This document shows, piece by piece, positions 45,593 to 54,358 of a DNA stretch of 64,000 nucleotides (positions within the stretch are counted from its first letter, which is position 1; each line of letters starts with the position of its first letter). The position numbers and the translations under genes are program-made. Below the pieces are notes generated by a model that had not been told where the DNA came from, searched no databases, and saw only the letters and a program-made list of their open reading frames with translations. The stretch is from a virus: positions 32,001-96,000 of the IMG/VR virus record IMGVR_UViG_3300019854_000029. One strand, written 5' to 3'.

Positions 45593-46584
45593 TTTGTAAC
45601 CCTTCCTTGTGAAGTTTCGTCACCGGTATAACGTTTTTGGCCGCTTGCTGTTTCCACGTAAATCGGGTGAATGCTCCCAGAGTAGGAAGCGGAAACGGAG
45701 CTGTTGAGAGCGTCTGCGACAGAGAAGTTGTCAATCCCGTAGATCGTTTCGGTGAGCTGACCGAGGAGCGTGCGATCAAGGGGTTGGACGCTCATCCAGT
45801 TACCCCGGCTGATGAGGATAGAAGAGAACGCTCGGTAGCCTTCGATGAGGGCTTCTGCGGACGCGCGGGAAGCGTCCATTGATAGACAGAACACGTCACT
45901 GGGGGTGCGGGAGGCGCGTTGCTCTTCTTCGAGGTTCGCGATGATCGCGGTCCCGATGTTACGGAAGTCCTCATTGGGGGCTTGTGCGAGGTCGGTGTAC
46001 ATGCGCTCAAAGCGTGGCCGGTCGTCGAGGGTACCCATGAAGTCGATGTGTCGGACGGCGATGTTGCGTTTACCGGCTTCTTGGTATGCATCGGCTAGTC
46101 CGTCCCAGTTCGCGCTCACGTCTCTGCCTTGCGTGCGGCCCACGGTCATGCCTTTGTGGGCGAGGAGGTAGATGCCGATTTGACCACCTACGAAATAGCA
46201 AATGTAGGGAGCGTCGTCGTCGATACGGTAAATGCCCCAGAGTCTACCTTCGGGCATGATGAGGTCTCGTTCGTTCATGCCTTTCCATGCGCGGCGCACG
46301 GTGCGTTCGTCGAGGAGGAGGAACCGGCAAGCGTAGAGAACAGCGAGGGGAATGATTGCGAGGAACAAGGGGACTTTAATGAGCGCGGCCATCGGAACCC
46401 ACGCGAGGCAGGCGAGGCAGACAACGGCGGTCACAGGCATTGCGATCATTGCTGCGATGCGGCGCTGGTGTTTTGAGTCAGCCATTGTGACTGCTGGCTG
46501 AAACTCTAGGCCAAGGGGGATGCGTAGGGTTTCGTCCCCGGTGCGGGGATGGTAGTCGTATTGGTCTGTGAGGTTGTCGCTCAT
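45589..46584 (-). CDS. two-TM membrane protein with large cytoplasmic domain, first gene of the ATPase operon
   Basis: Hydrophobic hairpin IAAMIAMPVTAVVCLACLAWVPMAALIKVPLFLAIIPLAVLYACRFLLL. Lies about 50 nt downstream of promoter-like copy C. Confidence 0.65.
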   Translation of the reverse strand: MSDNLTDQYDYHPRTGDETLRIPLGLEFQPAVTMADSKHQRRIAAMIAMPVTAVVCLACLAWVPMAALIKVPLFLAIIPLAVLYACRFLLLDERTVRRAWKGMNERDLIMPEGRLWGIYRIDDDAPYICYFVGGQIGIYLLAHKGMTVGRTQGRDVSANWDGLADAYQEAGKRNIAVRHIDFMGTLDDRPRFERMYTDLAQAPNEDFRNIGTAIIANLEEEQRASRTPSDVFCLSMDASRASAEALIEGYRAFSSILISRGNWMSVQPLDRTLLGQLTETIYGIDNFSVADALNSSVSASYSGSIHPIYVETASGQKRYTGDETSQGRVTK

Positions 46585-46636
46585 TCTTATGCTTTCGGTT
46601 GATGTGATGGTTCGTTGAGTCTATGTAACATACTAA

Positions 46637-46669
46637 CCTATAGTGTACCTATTTTATAGGAGTATGGCC
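46637..46669 (-). promoter_or_regulatory. conserved promoter-like element, copy C
   Basis: Minus strand reads GGCCATACTCCTATAAAATAGGTACACTATAGG. Reads as cGGCCA-N17-TACACT. Confidence 0.6.
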
Positions 46670-46809
46670 GGGTGCGTAGCAGTGGGTTTCCTTTGGGGGC
46701 TTCGATGCGGGACGGGATGAACTCTGCGCGTAACTATGCACCATATATGCGCTATCCAAGGTCTCGGCCCCGTGCATTTTGAGCCTTTTATGCATCTGCG
46801 CCTCCATTC

Positions 46810-46825
46810 GCGTATAGCTATACGC
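46810..46825. promoter_or_regulatory. perfect 16-bp palindrome
   Basis: GCGTATAGCTATACGC, 10 nt past the NlpC/P60 stop, inside a 250-bp intergenic gap. Could be a hairpin or an operator. Confidence 0.4.
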
Positions 46826-46834
46826 TTCTAGTGG

Positions 46835-47728
46835 TCACTCAAACCGGAGATAATGCGTCACCCACTGCGTCAAATACCCCTGCTGGAAGCCAACATCGGA
46901 AATATCCTCAGAGTCAGCCGAGGGGCCTTTCTTCACGTGAGCGCCTTGCGTGGAAGCGTGGCTAATCCACCCGTCACCAATGTAGACACCCACGTGGCCG
47001 GGGCCGCTGATAATGTCTCCCGGCTTCAGGGAGTTCACGTCACCGTTGAACGGGCGGGACACCGCGCGGAATGTGCCAGACGACGCTGAGAGCTTGCTTG
47101 TCACTTGGTCGGCGCTCGACTTGCCGACGATAACGCGGTCTTGGTCAGCGGGAAGCTGCACGGCTTTACCGGAGCCGTCCATCGTCCACCCGCTCATGAG
47201 GAGAAGGGCGGACACCCAGCCGGAACAGTCGTAACCGTTTGGCCCGCGAGCGCCCCAGTCGTAGGTGTAGTTTTTCTGGCTGCTTGCCCATTTCGCGTTA
47301 GCGGCAATCGCTGAGCCAATCTGATTGGGGGAGGCTGCGACAGCGGGTACGCCTTGCCCACTGGAATACTCTCCGCCTTGGTTCCCGCCCTTCTGGCTGC
47401 TCTTTACGCCAGCCGACGTGGAACCAAGCTGTTTGAGTACTTCAGGGTCTTGTGTCAGGAGGAAAACGCTTGTGTTCACTGCGAGGAGCGCTGCCATGAC
47501 AGCGGCAACGAACGTAAGCCACGAGGCGACAATCAGAGCGTTCAGGGCATCCACGAGGCGCGAAAAGAACCGTAGGAGCTTCCACACGCCCGCACGAGCA
47601 CTTCGCAGCACGCCGCTAGGGGCTTGCTCGCCCCCAGCCGCCAAAGCGACGTTAAACGCCGCTCTGGAAGCTAGGGACGCGCATTTAAGCCCCAGCGACA
47701 GGATGAACAATAAGAACGCGATCAGCAC
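46835..47728 (-). CDS. membrane-anchored NlpC/P60 (C40) peptidoglycan endopeptidase
   Basis: N-terminal TM helices. Catalytic Cys in NGYDCSGWVSALL and His in GPGHVGVYIGDGWISHAS. Confidence 0.85.
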   Translation of the reverse strand: MLIAFLLFILSLGLKCASLASRAAFNVALAAGGEQAPSGVLRSARAGVWKLLRFFSRLVDALNALIVASWLTFVAAVMAALLAVNTSVFLLTQDPEVLKQLGSTSAGVKSSQKGGNQGGEYSSGQGVPAVAASPNQIGSAIAANAKWASSQKNYTYDWGARGPNGYDCSGWVSALLLMSGWTMDGSGKAVQLPADQDRVIVGKSSADQVTSKLSASSGTFRAVSRPFNGDVNSLKPGDIISGPGHVGVYIGDGWISHASTQGAHVKKGPSADSEDISDVGFQQGYLTQWVTHYLRFE

Positions 47729-47730
47729 GG

Positions 47731-50700
47731 TTACGCCTTCTTAAAATCAGCGTTCGACTGAATGGTCCTACGACCCTTAGAAATACTCGATTCGATGACC
47801 TGCTTCTTTTCCTTCTTCTTCGCCGGGTCGTTCGCACTGTCGCCCTTAAGGGTCTGCTTATTGAAGTCAGCGGCCTTCGTCTTATCGCGAGGCTCTTCCG
47901 ACTCAGCTTGGACAGCGGTAGCGGCCTTCACGCGGCTAGAAACACCCTGAGCGCCACGAACCGCCGCGCTACCGGCACCACGGCCCGCCGCGACAGCAAC
48001 GCCAGCGCCAGCCGCCATGCCACCACCGAACGAACGCATACGGCTCATGCCGCTACGTGCCATGTCAGCGAGGCTTGAACCCGCAGCCGCAAGGCTGGAA
48101 CCAATGACCTTAGCGGACGCGACAATTTCCTTCGTAGACGCGCGTAGCAGGATGAAATAGACGATAGAGATAGCCACGTTCAGCGCAGCGACCGTGAGCA
48201 GGAGCAACACCGGGTCACCGACAGCGATACTGCTACCCAACTGGCCGGTCACGCCACTCGCGGGACTACCGATCAGGAGGGAAATAATGCCGACGTGAAT
48301 GAAACCAATCACGCCGATAGCGAGGATAGGCCGCAACACGTGCTTCCACAGTCCACTTGTTGCCTTCTCGTCACTCACGCGGCACGCAGAGGCCATAGAC
48401 CGCAGGATCGCCACCAAAACAATCGCGATGATCGCACCGTACTTGAGGAGCGGAACCACGTAGATACTGGTCACGTCCACCGCGAGGAGCATGATAACGG
48501 TCGTAATCGACGACTCTTGCATGACCTGTTGGTAGAAGTTCGTATCATTCGACGACAGCAATGCGGGCTTTTGCAGCGAGTTCGCCAGCATCAGGCGCAT
48601 GTAAGCGTCGAAACTGAAGTTCTTCAACTCATATGCCTGCGGGTAGAGCTGGCTACCGGTCTGAACGCCCAAAACAGTAGCGTCTGAGAACACTTGATTG
48701 AACTCGAACGTGGTCATCATCGCGGCAGACGAATTGAGCACGTTGTCTTGGAACGTGTAGTAGTTCAACAGGTCCAAGAACGGGGTCTTAGTGTTCCGCA
48801 AGACGCGCATGATGCGAGACTCAACGGGAGTCAGGTCAGACTCGGTAAGACCGTAAGCAGTCATCTCGGAGGGGGAGAACACCATCGGACGCTCAGCCGG
48901 GTAGGAAGCGGGGTCCAAGGGGTCTTTCACCGTGTAGGTCACGCCGTTCGCGTAAACCTTCGTCGGGGCCGCGTAACCGGCCTCGTACATTTGGTCTACC
49001 CACGGACTGTACATCGCCGCGAGCTGCGAGACGTTCACGTTCTGCCAGTACTTTTGACGGTTCTCGGGATTGTCCTTGTACTCATCGTCGTGGCCCGGCT
49101 CGAACGGGAGGTTACTGTAGGTGCGCAGACTGTACTTCTTGTCGTATTCGACAACGACATTGTTAGCGGCCTTCAGGTAAGGAATCGTGTAGGTGAACAG
49201 TTCCTTCATACCGAGGTAGTCTTTCAACTCCCCGTTATTGTCGATGGTCGCGTCCGCGTCCTTATCGCCGGACTTGTTGTTGTAGAAGTACCCCTGATCT
49301 GGGGCAGACAGCAGCATGTCTTTCCAGCCGTTAGAGGCGTTCGGTGCGGCTGACAGCCCGTGGTCGAAGTTGTACCACGAGAAGTGGTAGTACGGGGACT
49401 CGGTGAACAATCCGAACGCGCCGAGACTGTTGTAGTCAGCGTCCGTATATGGCTCGTTGTCCGGGTTGTAGCCAGCGGGGTTTTGTTCCTTGATCTGGTC
49501 GCGCGCGCTCTTGCCTTGCGTGTACACGCCGAGGCTGAACTGGTATGCGCCGGTGGGGATACCCACGTTCTGACCATACGTGAGGTTGTCGAGCTTCGAT
49601 GCGTCACCGATGTGGTCGTTGACGATCTTGGAAGCCATGACGGGCGTGATGTACGACAGGGTGGTGGGGTCACTGTTACCGGAGGGCTTGTTCGCGTATC
49701 CAGTGCCCGCGTATGCGGTCAACGTGTCCGGGTACTTGTCGTAAGCGTCCTTCATGCTTTCAGTCCACGTACTCATGTCAGGAGTCTTGTTGTACGCGGC
49801 TTTACCGTCACCACGGGTCTTAGAGAGTCCGAGGTACGTGTAGCGGGACTGGTTAGCGATATCCACGTAGGAGCGGTACAGGTACGTCGAGTTCGGGTCA
49901 CTCAGGAACGTTTCACCGCCGTATGCGCTCTGCGTGGAGGACTTCAACAGGCGAGACAGGGAGTCAGAGGAAGCGACAGCGCGGCTCAGGTCAGAACCGA
50001 ACTCGACAGCGGTGCGCTTCTTCGGGGACTGCCACTTGAGGAGAATGTTCTCCCCACCACGGTTAGAAATCTCGTTTTCTTTCCCGTCGCTACCGTCACT
50101 CACCCAGCCGGACATGTCGGCTGCGTTATTGAACACGGTTTGCAGGTAGTTCCCGTAATCGTCACCGGTAGCGGCCTTGTCGATTTCAGATGAATACGCT
50201 TGATGGGTGACGAGCGCCCAGTAGGTGAACTTCTCGCTGAGAACCTTACCGCTGTAAGCGTTCGTCTGGTCGATCACGTAGTTCAACGTGGGGATAGCGC
50301 CCGCTGCGACGATGAAGAAAATGATGAAGCTCATGACCGCTCGCCGGATGGAAACCATCTGCACGAGAGCGAACACGCCGAGCATCGCTGCGACGAACAC
50401 GAGCATGTACGACAAGTATCGGTTGTACAGGGTCACAATCGAGTCAGTCCACGACAAGTCATGCAGGTTCGGCGTGGACACGTAGCCAGCGAAACCGACG
50501 TATTTCGTGGTTCCCTGATTCACGCCGATAGTCTGCGTTCCGGTCATGTCCGAGTGCCAGCGGAGCATGAAGCTACCGGCGATCATCGTGAGGAGCTGCG
50601 ACTTGTAGGCCGTGTGGCTCCAATTCGGAGACAACAGGGCAAGCGAGTAGTCAGTCAAGTTCGCCAGCTTCTCATTCGCTGCGGTCTGCTCATCGACAGT

Positions 50701-52521
50701 GAGCTTCAAGTTCGACTGCACGGGAGGCAGGTCACTGTTGTACTTCCAACCGAGCTTCTGCAAAGCGCTGGTGTCACCAAACGCTGCGAGCACGTAAGAC
50801 GAGTAGAGGCTGACAGCGGTCGGCTTAGGCATAGCCGATGCGGTTTGCGTGAGATTCGACGAGGGGTCAAGAACCTTCTCCCACGCGCTAGACACAGCCT
50901 TAGAGTCAATGTCCCTAGCCTTCGCGAACGGCTTCCCGTCGCTACCGATAGCGTCTTGATACATGCCGTCAGCGGGGACATCACCCTTGAACGCTTGGAT
51001 ATCGTCGAGGACGATCATCTTGTTCACGGTTTTCACGGGGTCCGAGTTGTTCCCCGGATGCGCGCCAACCCACATGATGTCAGAGGGAGTCGTCGAGGAC
51101 GCACCAGCGCTGGGGGTGAGGACTTCACCGCCGACGCGCAGCATGGTCATAGTGTTGCGCTTGCCATTAAAAAGGCCGCTAGAAACGTCGTTGAGGCCAG
51201 CCTTCTTAAGCTGCTCACCCCAGCCGGTTTTAACTCCGTCCAAGAACGTGTCCCACGAGTCAGCGCCTTGGAAGAACCACTTATCGTTCGGGAAGTTCCA
51301 TTCGCTTGTCCCGACCTGAACAGTGGAGTGGAACGCGCCGAAAGGCTTGTATGAGGGCGCGTCAATGAGGCTTTCCGTAATGCGCTTTTGCGCGTACTCA
51401 AGGTTGAACGTGCTCTGCCCACTCGATGCGCTTACCAACTGGATAGCTTGGTTTGAGAGCACGAGGTTTTGGAAACTGACGGTGTTGTATGCGCCGCCCG
51501 GCTTGGAGATGTTCGAGCCTTCCACCTTCATCCACGTGGAGGGGTTCATGGACGCGGGGATAGCAACCCACGTGTGGTTGGGGCCGCGATACACGAGGTC
51601 ACCGAACGGGCTGATCGCCATTTTCCCGCTGTATGCGGTGAGCGCCACGGCTTTGCTTGCGTCTTGGAAAGCGCTCTTGACAGCTTCAATGTCAATACTG
51701 TCGCTCTGCTGGTCTGCGCCCTTCGTGAAGTCGAGGTCACTCTGGTACAAGTCAACGAGGGAAGAACCATATCCCTGCTTGAGGTTCGCCATAGAGAGCG
51801 CCTGATAGAGGGCGATCACGCTGGGGGTGAGGTTCTTACCCGAGGGGTCCCACACGAACGCGGGGATGGTCTTACCGCCAGCGTTGTAGACGAGAGCATT
51901 CCACTTTGCCTTGTAAGCGGGGGAGTTCTTAGGAAGCACGGTATCTTCCATGACATCCTCGCCGCCAGCGCCACCGGACACCATAGCGAGGAACGTGCGC
52001 CAGTCAGTCGGGTAGTTCTCGGTCGTCCAGTTTGCGTCTGACGCATAGTCTCCGTTCGTGTAAGCGAACTGTAGGTCTGCGCCGCCCTTCCAGACGTTCC
52101 CGATCACATAGTTCGCGACGCTTTCCGCCGCGTCCTTACTCATGCCCACAGTGTTCTGTAGGGCAGTGGTCATGTTTTCTTTGGTCTTGTCCTGCTGTTC
52201 CTTGTCCTTCTTTTGGATACTGCCGTTGTAGTTGAACTGCGACTGGAACGGGACGTAGAAGTTAGACACGTAAGTGCCGAGAATGCGTAGTTCTTCGGGC
52301 TTGAGGTTCGCGACACCGGAGTCAGCGAGGCTCTTATTCTTCGCAAGGTTAATGACCGCTGCGGTACGGCTCGACGCGCTACCGCCCGTGGGGGCATCGT
52401 CCGCGAGCGCGCCGGGGACGATCACCATTCCCAGTGCGATAACTGTTGCGGTTGTTGCGGTCACCATGCGCACAGCGCCCTTACGGGCCATGCGTAGAGC
52501 ATTTTTTGCGGTGATATTCAT
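47731..52521 (-). CDS. 1596-aa polytopic membrane protein (candidate channel/scaffold, VirB6/TcpH-like role inferred)
   Basis: Signal peptide, a ~680-aa soluble region, two TM helices, a second ~700-aa soluble region, a C-terminal cluster of TM helices, then a Gly/Ala-rich and Lys-rich tail. Confidence 0.75.
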   Translation of the reverse strand: MNITAKNALRMARKGAVRMVTATTATVIALGMVIVPGALADDAPTGGSASSRTAAVINLAKNKSLADSGVANLKPEELRILGTYVSNFYVPFQSQFNYNGSIQKKDKEQQDKTKENMTTALQNTVGMSKDAAESVANYVIGNVWKGGADLQFAYTNGDYASDANWTTENYPTDWRTFLAMVSGGAGGEDVMEDTVLPKNSPAYKAKWNALVYNAGGKTIPAFVWDPSGKNLTPSVIALYQALSMANLKQGYGSSLVDLYQSDLDFTKGADQQSDSIDIEAVKSAFQDASKAVALTAYSGKMAISPFGDLVYRGPNHTWVAIPASMNPSTWMKVEGSNISKPGGAYNTVSFQNLVLSNQAIQLVSASSGQSTFNLEYAQKRITESLIDAPSYKPFGAFHSTVQVGTSEWNFPNDKWFFQGADSWDTFLDGVKTGWGEQLKKAGLNDVSSGLFNGKRNTMTMLRVGGEVLTPSAGASSTTPSDIMWVGAHPGNNSDPVKTVNKMIVLDDIQAFKGDVPADGMYQDAIGSDGKPFAKARDIDSKAVSSAWEKVLDPSSNLTQTASAMPKPTAVSLYSSYVLAAFGDTSALQKLGWKYNSDLPPVQSNLKLTVDEQTAANEKLANLTDYSLALLSPNWSHTAYKSQLLTMIAGSFMLRWHSDMTGTQTIGVNQGTTKYVGFAGYVSTPNLHDLSWTDSIVTLYNRYLSYMLVFVAAMLGVFALVQMVSIRRAVMSFIIFFIVAAGAIPTLNYVIDQTNAYSGKVLSEKFTYWALVTHQAYSSEIDKAATGDDYGNYLQTVFNNAADMSGWVSDGSDGKENEISNRGGENILLKWQSPKKRTAVEFGSDLSRAVASSDSLSRLLKSSTQSAYGGETFLSDPNSTYLYRSYVDIANQSRYTYLGLSKTRGDGKAAYNKTPDMSTWTESMKDAYDKYPDTLTAYAGTGYANKPSGNSDPTTLSYITPVMASKIVNDHIGDASKLDNLTYGQNVGIPTGAYQFSLGVYTQGKSARDQIKEQNPAGYNPDNEPYTDADYNSLGAFGLFTESPYYHFSWYNFDHGLSAAPNASNGWKDMLLSAPDQGYFYNNKSGDKDADATIDNNGELKDYLGMKELFTYTIPYLKAANNVVVEYDKKYSLRTYSNLPFEPGHDDEYKDNPENRQKYWQNVNVSQLAAMYSPWVDQMYEAGYAAPTKVYANGVTYTVKDPLDPASYPAERPMVFSPSEMTAYGLTESDLTPVESRIMRVLRNTKTPFLDLLNYYTFQDNVLNSSAAMMTTFEFNQVFSDATVLGVQTGSQLYPQAYELKNFSFDAYMRLMLANSLQKPALLSSNDTNFYQQVMQESSITTVIMLLAVDVTSIYVVPLLKYGAIIAIVLVAILRSMASACRVSDEKATSGLWKHVLRPILAIGVIGFIHVGIISLLIGSPASGVTGQLGSSIAVGDPVLLLLTVAALNVAISIVYFILLRASTKEIVASAKVIGSSLAAAGSSLADMARSGMSRMRSFGGGMAAGAGVAVAAGRGAGSAAVRGAQGVSSRVKAATAVQAESEEPRDKTKAADFNKQTLKGDSANDPAKKKEKKQVIESSISKGRRTIQSNADFKKA

Positions 52522-52573
52522 TAGGTTTATGCCTTTGCTGGTTTAGAGGTTTGTCGCGCGGAAACTTCTACGT

Positions 52574-53374
52574 TTAGAACATTCCCATGAAAGCGTCGAA
52601 CATCTTTAATACCCATCCCATGACGGTCAGGAGGCCACCGGATACGAGGAGCGCGGTGACGAAGAATGCTGCCATGAGGACCGGGAGGCGTTTCATCGCC
52701 CAGTAGGCCATTGGGTTGCGTCCGTTTGCTGCGCCTTCACTGGCCGCGTTGATCGCGGCGCTACTGAATAGTTTCGACCTGATTTTCCCGCCGTTTTCCC
52801 GGTAGGACTGTACGCCGGGGAAAGTCAGATAAGCCATGTCGAGGAGTGCTGACAGGTAGATGAGGGCTTCAACGACTAGCGCGATAGCGCCGAGTAGGAC
52901 TCCGACGGGAGCGAGCCACGGGCGAGCCAGCGTGAGGGCTTGATCTTGGTTGCCGGAGGCTTCTGCTTTAACGGTGTCAATGCTCTTCGTGATCTTCGTG
53001 TCTTGCTGCTTGATGAAGTTGTAGAGCTTTGCTTTGCGGGGGGTTGCGAGGCCGCTTTGTGCTGTGGCGTTGAGAGCGGTCTGCATGAACTTTGTTTTGT
53101 CAGTGTTCGTGAGCTGGTTGTAGGTCGCGTAGTCGAAACTGACGGTACCGGCTTTAGCGTCGTATTCGAGGATGTTGATGCTGCGCTTTTTCAGCGAGTC
53201 GTTACTGATAGAGACGATGCCTTGAATGTTTGCGTCGTTTTGGGCGATAGCGACCACTGATTTCACTGCGTCATCAGCGTGTGCGGGGACGCTGGACATG
53301 AGGAAGCCGCCCACCATGAGGAGGAGGGCGAGAATGATGCGGGGGAATCGTTGCACTTTGGTTTGTGTGTTCAT
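52574..53374 (-). CDS. secreted/membrane protein with C-terminal TM cluster
   Basis: Signal peptide (ILALLLMVGGFLMSSVPAHA), a soluble region, then three hydrophobic helices. Confidence 0.65.
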   Translation of the reverse strand: MNTQTKVQRFPRIILALLLMVGGFLMSSVPAHADDAVKSVVAIAQNDANIQGIVSISNDSLKKRSINILEYDAKAGTVSFDYATYNQLTNTDKTKFMQTALNATAQSGLATPRKAKLYNFIKQQDTKITKSIDTVKAEASGNQDQALTLARPWLAPVGVLLGAIALVVEALIYLSALLDMAYLTFPGVQSYRENGGKIRSKLFSSAAINAASEGAANGRNPMAYWAMKRLPVLMAAFFVTALLVSGGLLTVMGWVLKMFDAFMGMF

Positions 53375-53410
53375 GGGATTTGTGGAGCTTTCACCTACAT
53401 GCGGGTAGCC

Positions 53411-53454
53411 GCATGGCTTCCCCAGTTTCCTGTGCTAAACCGGGGAAGCCATGC
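53411..53454 (-). terminator. perfect 13-bp hairpin between two transfer genes
   Basis: GCATGGCTTCCCC / GGGGAAGCCATGC with an 18-nt loop. A shorter alternative hairpin ATGCGG/CCGCAT at 53399-53414 shares bases with it. Confidence 0.4.
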
Positions 53455-53462
53455 GAGGAAAA

Positions 53463-54335
53463 TCAGCCGATACCCTGACCGATTGAAGTAATCACGTCGA
53501 TTGCCCAAGCGAAGAACTTGGAGAACATTCCGCTGGTCACGCCAGTGACAATGAAGATCACAACGAACGTGGTGATACCCATTTCCTTCACGAGAATCAG
53601 GAGGGGGTTCTTGCTGTTCTGGTTGCCCTTCTCGAATGCGCGGGTAGCGAAGTAGCCGACCTTCGACACTGCTGTGCCGACCTTGCCGCCGCTACCAATG
53701 AAGCCCGAGAGGACAAGGAGGATAGCGAGGTTCCATACCCACAGGAACGACACAAGAGCCATGACGAAATACACGAGGGCACCCGAACCGGTTGAGATAC
53801 CACCGAGGAGCGGGAAGATCGCGTTACGACCGTTCTCCAAGTCAACGGGGTTGTAGGAGCTATTGATCGCGTTCGTCCACGCGGTTGCCATACCGGAAGT
53901 GTTCTTCAACTGGCTAATCCAGTTGGACGCGGTTTCCTTGGTCACGCCGTCGCTCTTAGAAAGCGAGTCATCGTAGCCACGTGCCTGCGGGTTCGTGTAA
54001 ACCTCAGTGCGAGCGCGGAGGTCACCTGCGAACTTGGTACGAGCATCGCCAGTGAGCCTGCCAAACATGGCTTCGTTGACGTTGCCTTCAGTGTCAATCA
54101 GGTCGCTACCGTTAACGGTTCCGCCACCTTCGAGCGCGTACTTGTTGCCCTGAACTTCCTTACTGACCGTAGTGCGAAGAGCCTGGTCGGCCTGATCGGA
54201 AGCATCCTTGTTGGCTGCGAACGCGCCAACACTGGTCAGGAGAGTGAGGACAATCGCGAGGATTGTCGTCAGAATCATGGAACGGTAGAGCGCACGAGAC
54301 TGGTCTCGCCTACTCACCGCAAGAGTCGTAGTCAT
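53463..54335 (-). CDS. membrane protein, same layout as 52574..53374
   Basis: N-terminal TM/signal, a soluble region and C-terminal hydrophobic helices. GGAAAGGAAA RBS. Confidence 0.65.
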   Translation of the reverse strand: MTTTLAVSRRDQSRALYRSMILTTILAIVLTLLTSVGAFAANKDASDQADQALRTTVSKEVQGNKYALEGGGTVNGSDLIDTEGNVNEAMFGRLTGDARTKFAGDLRARTEVYTNPQARGYDDSLSKSDGVTKETASNWISQLKNTSGMATAWTNAINSSYNPVDLENGRNAIFPLLGGISTGSGALVYFVMALVSFLWVWNLAILLVLSGFIGSGGKVGTAVSKVGYFATRAFEKGNQNSKNPLLILVKEMGITTFVVIFIVTGVTSGMFSKFFAWAIDVITSIGQGIG

Positions 54336-54358
54336 TTTCGTTTGGTTTCCTTTCCGGT

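Noticed and set aside
35044-46669. The 3' half of the conserved element (ATTTAGGTACACTATAAG in copy D, AAATAGGTACACTATAGG in copy C) closely resembles the SP6 phage RNA polymerase promoter ATTTAGGTGACACTATAG and the CACTATAGG core of T7/K11 promoters.
   Set aside because: No single-subunit RNA polymerase gene is visible in the window: none of the long ORFs shows the DxSCSGxQH, RxxxKxxxMxxxYG or HDS motifs. The match needs a 1-nt gap in a spacing-sensitive promoter. Copies B, E and I diverge in the CACTATAG part. A sigma-A-type GCCA-N17-TACAC reading explains all copies. It would be worth re-examining only if a phage-type RNAP is found elsewhere on the replicon.
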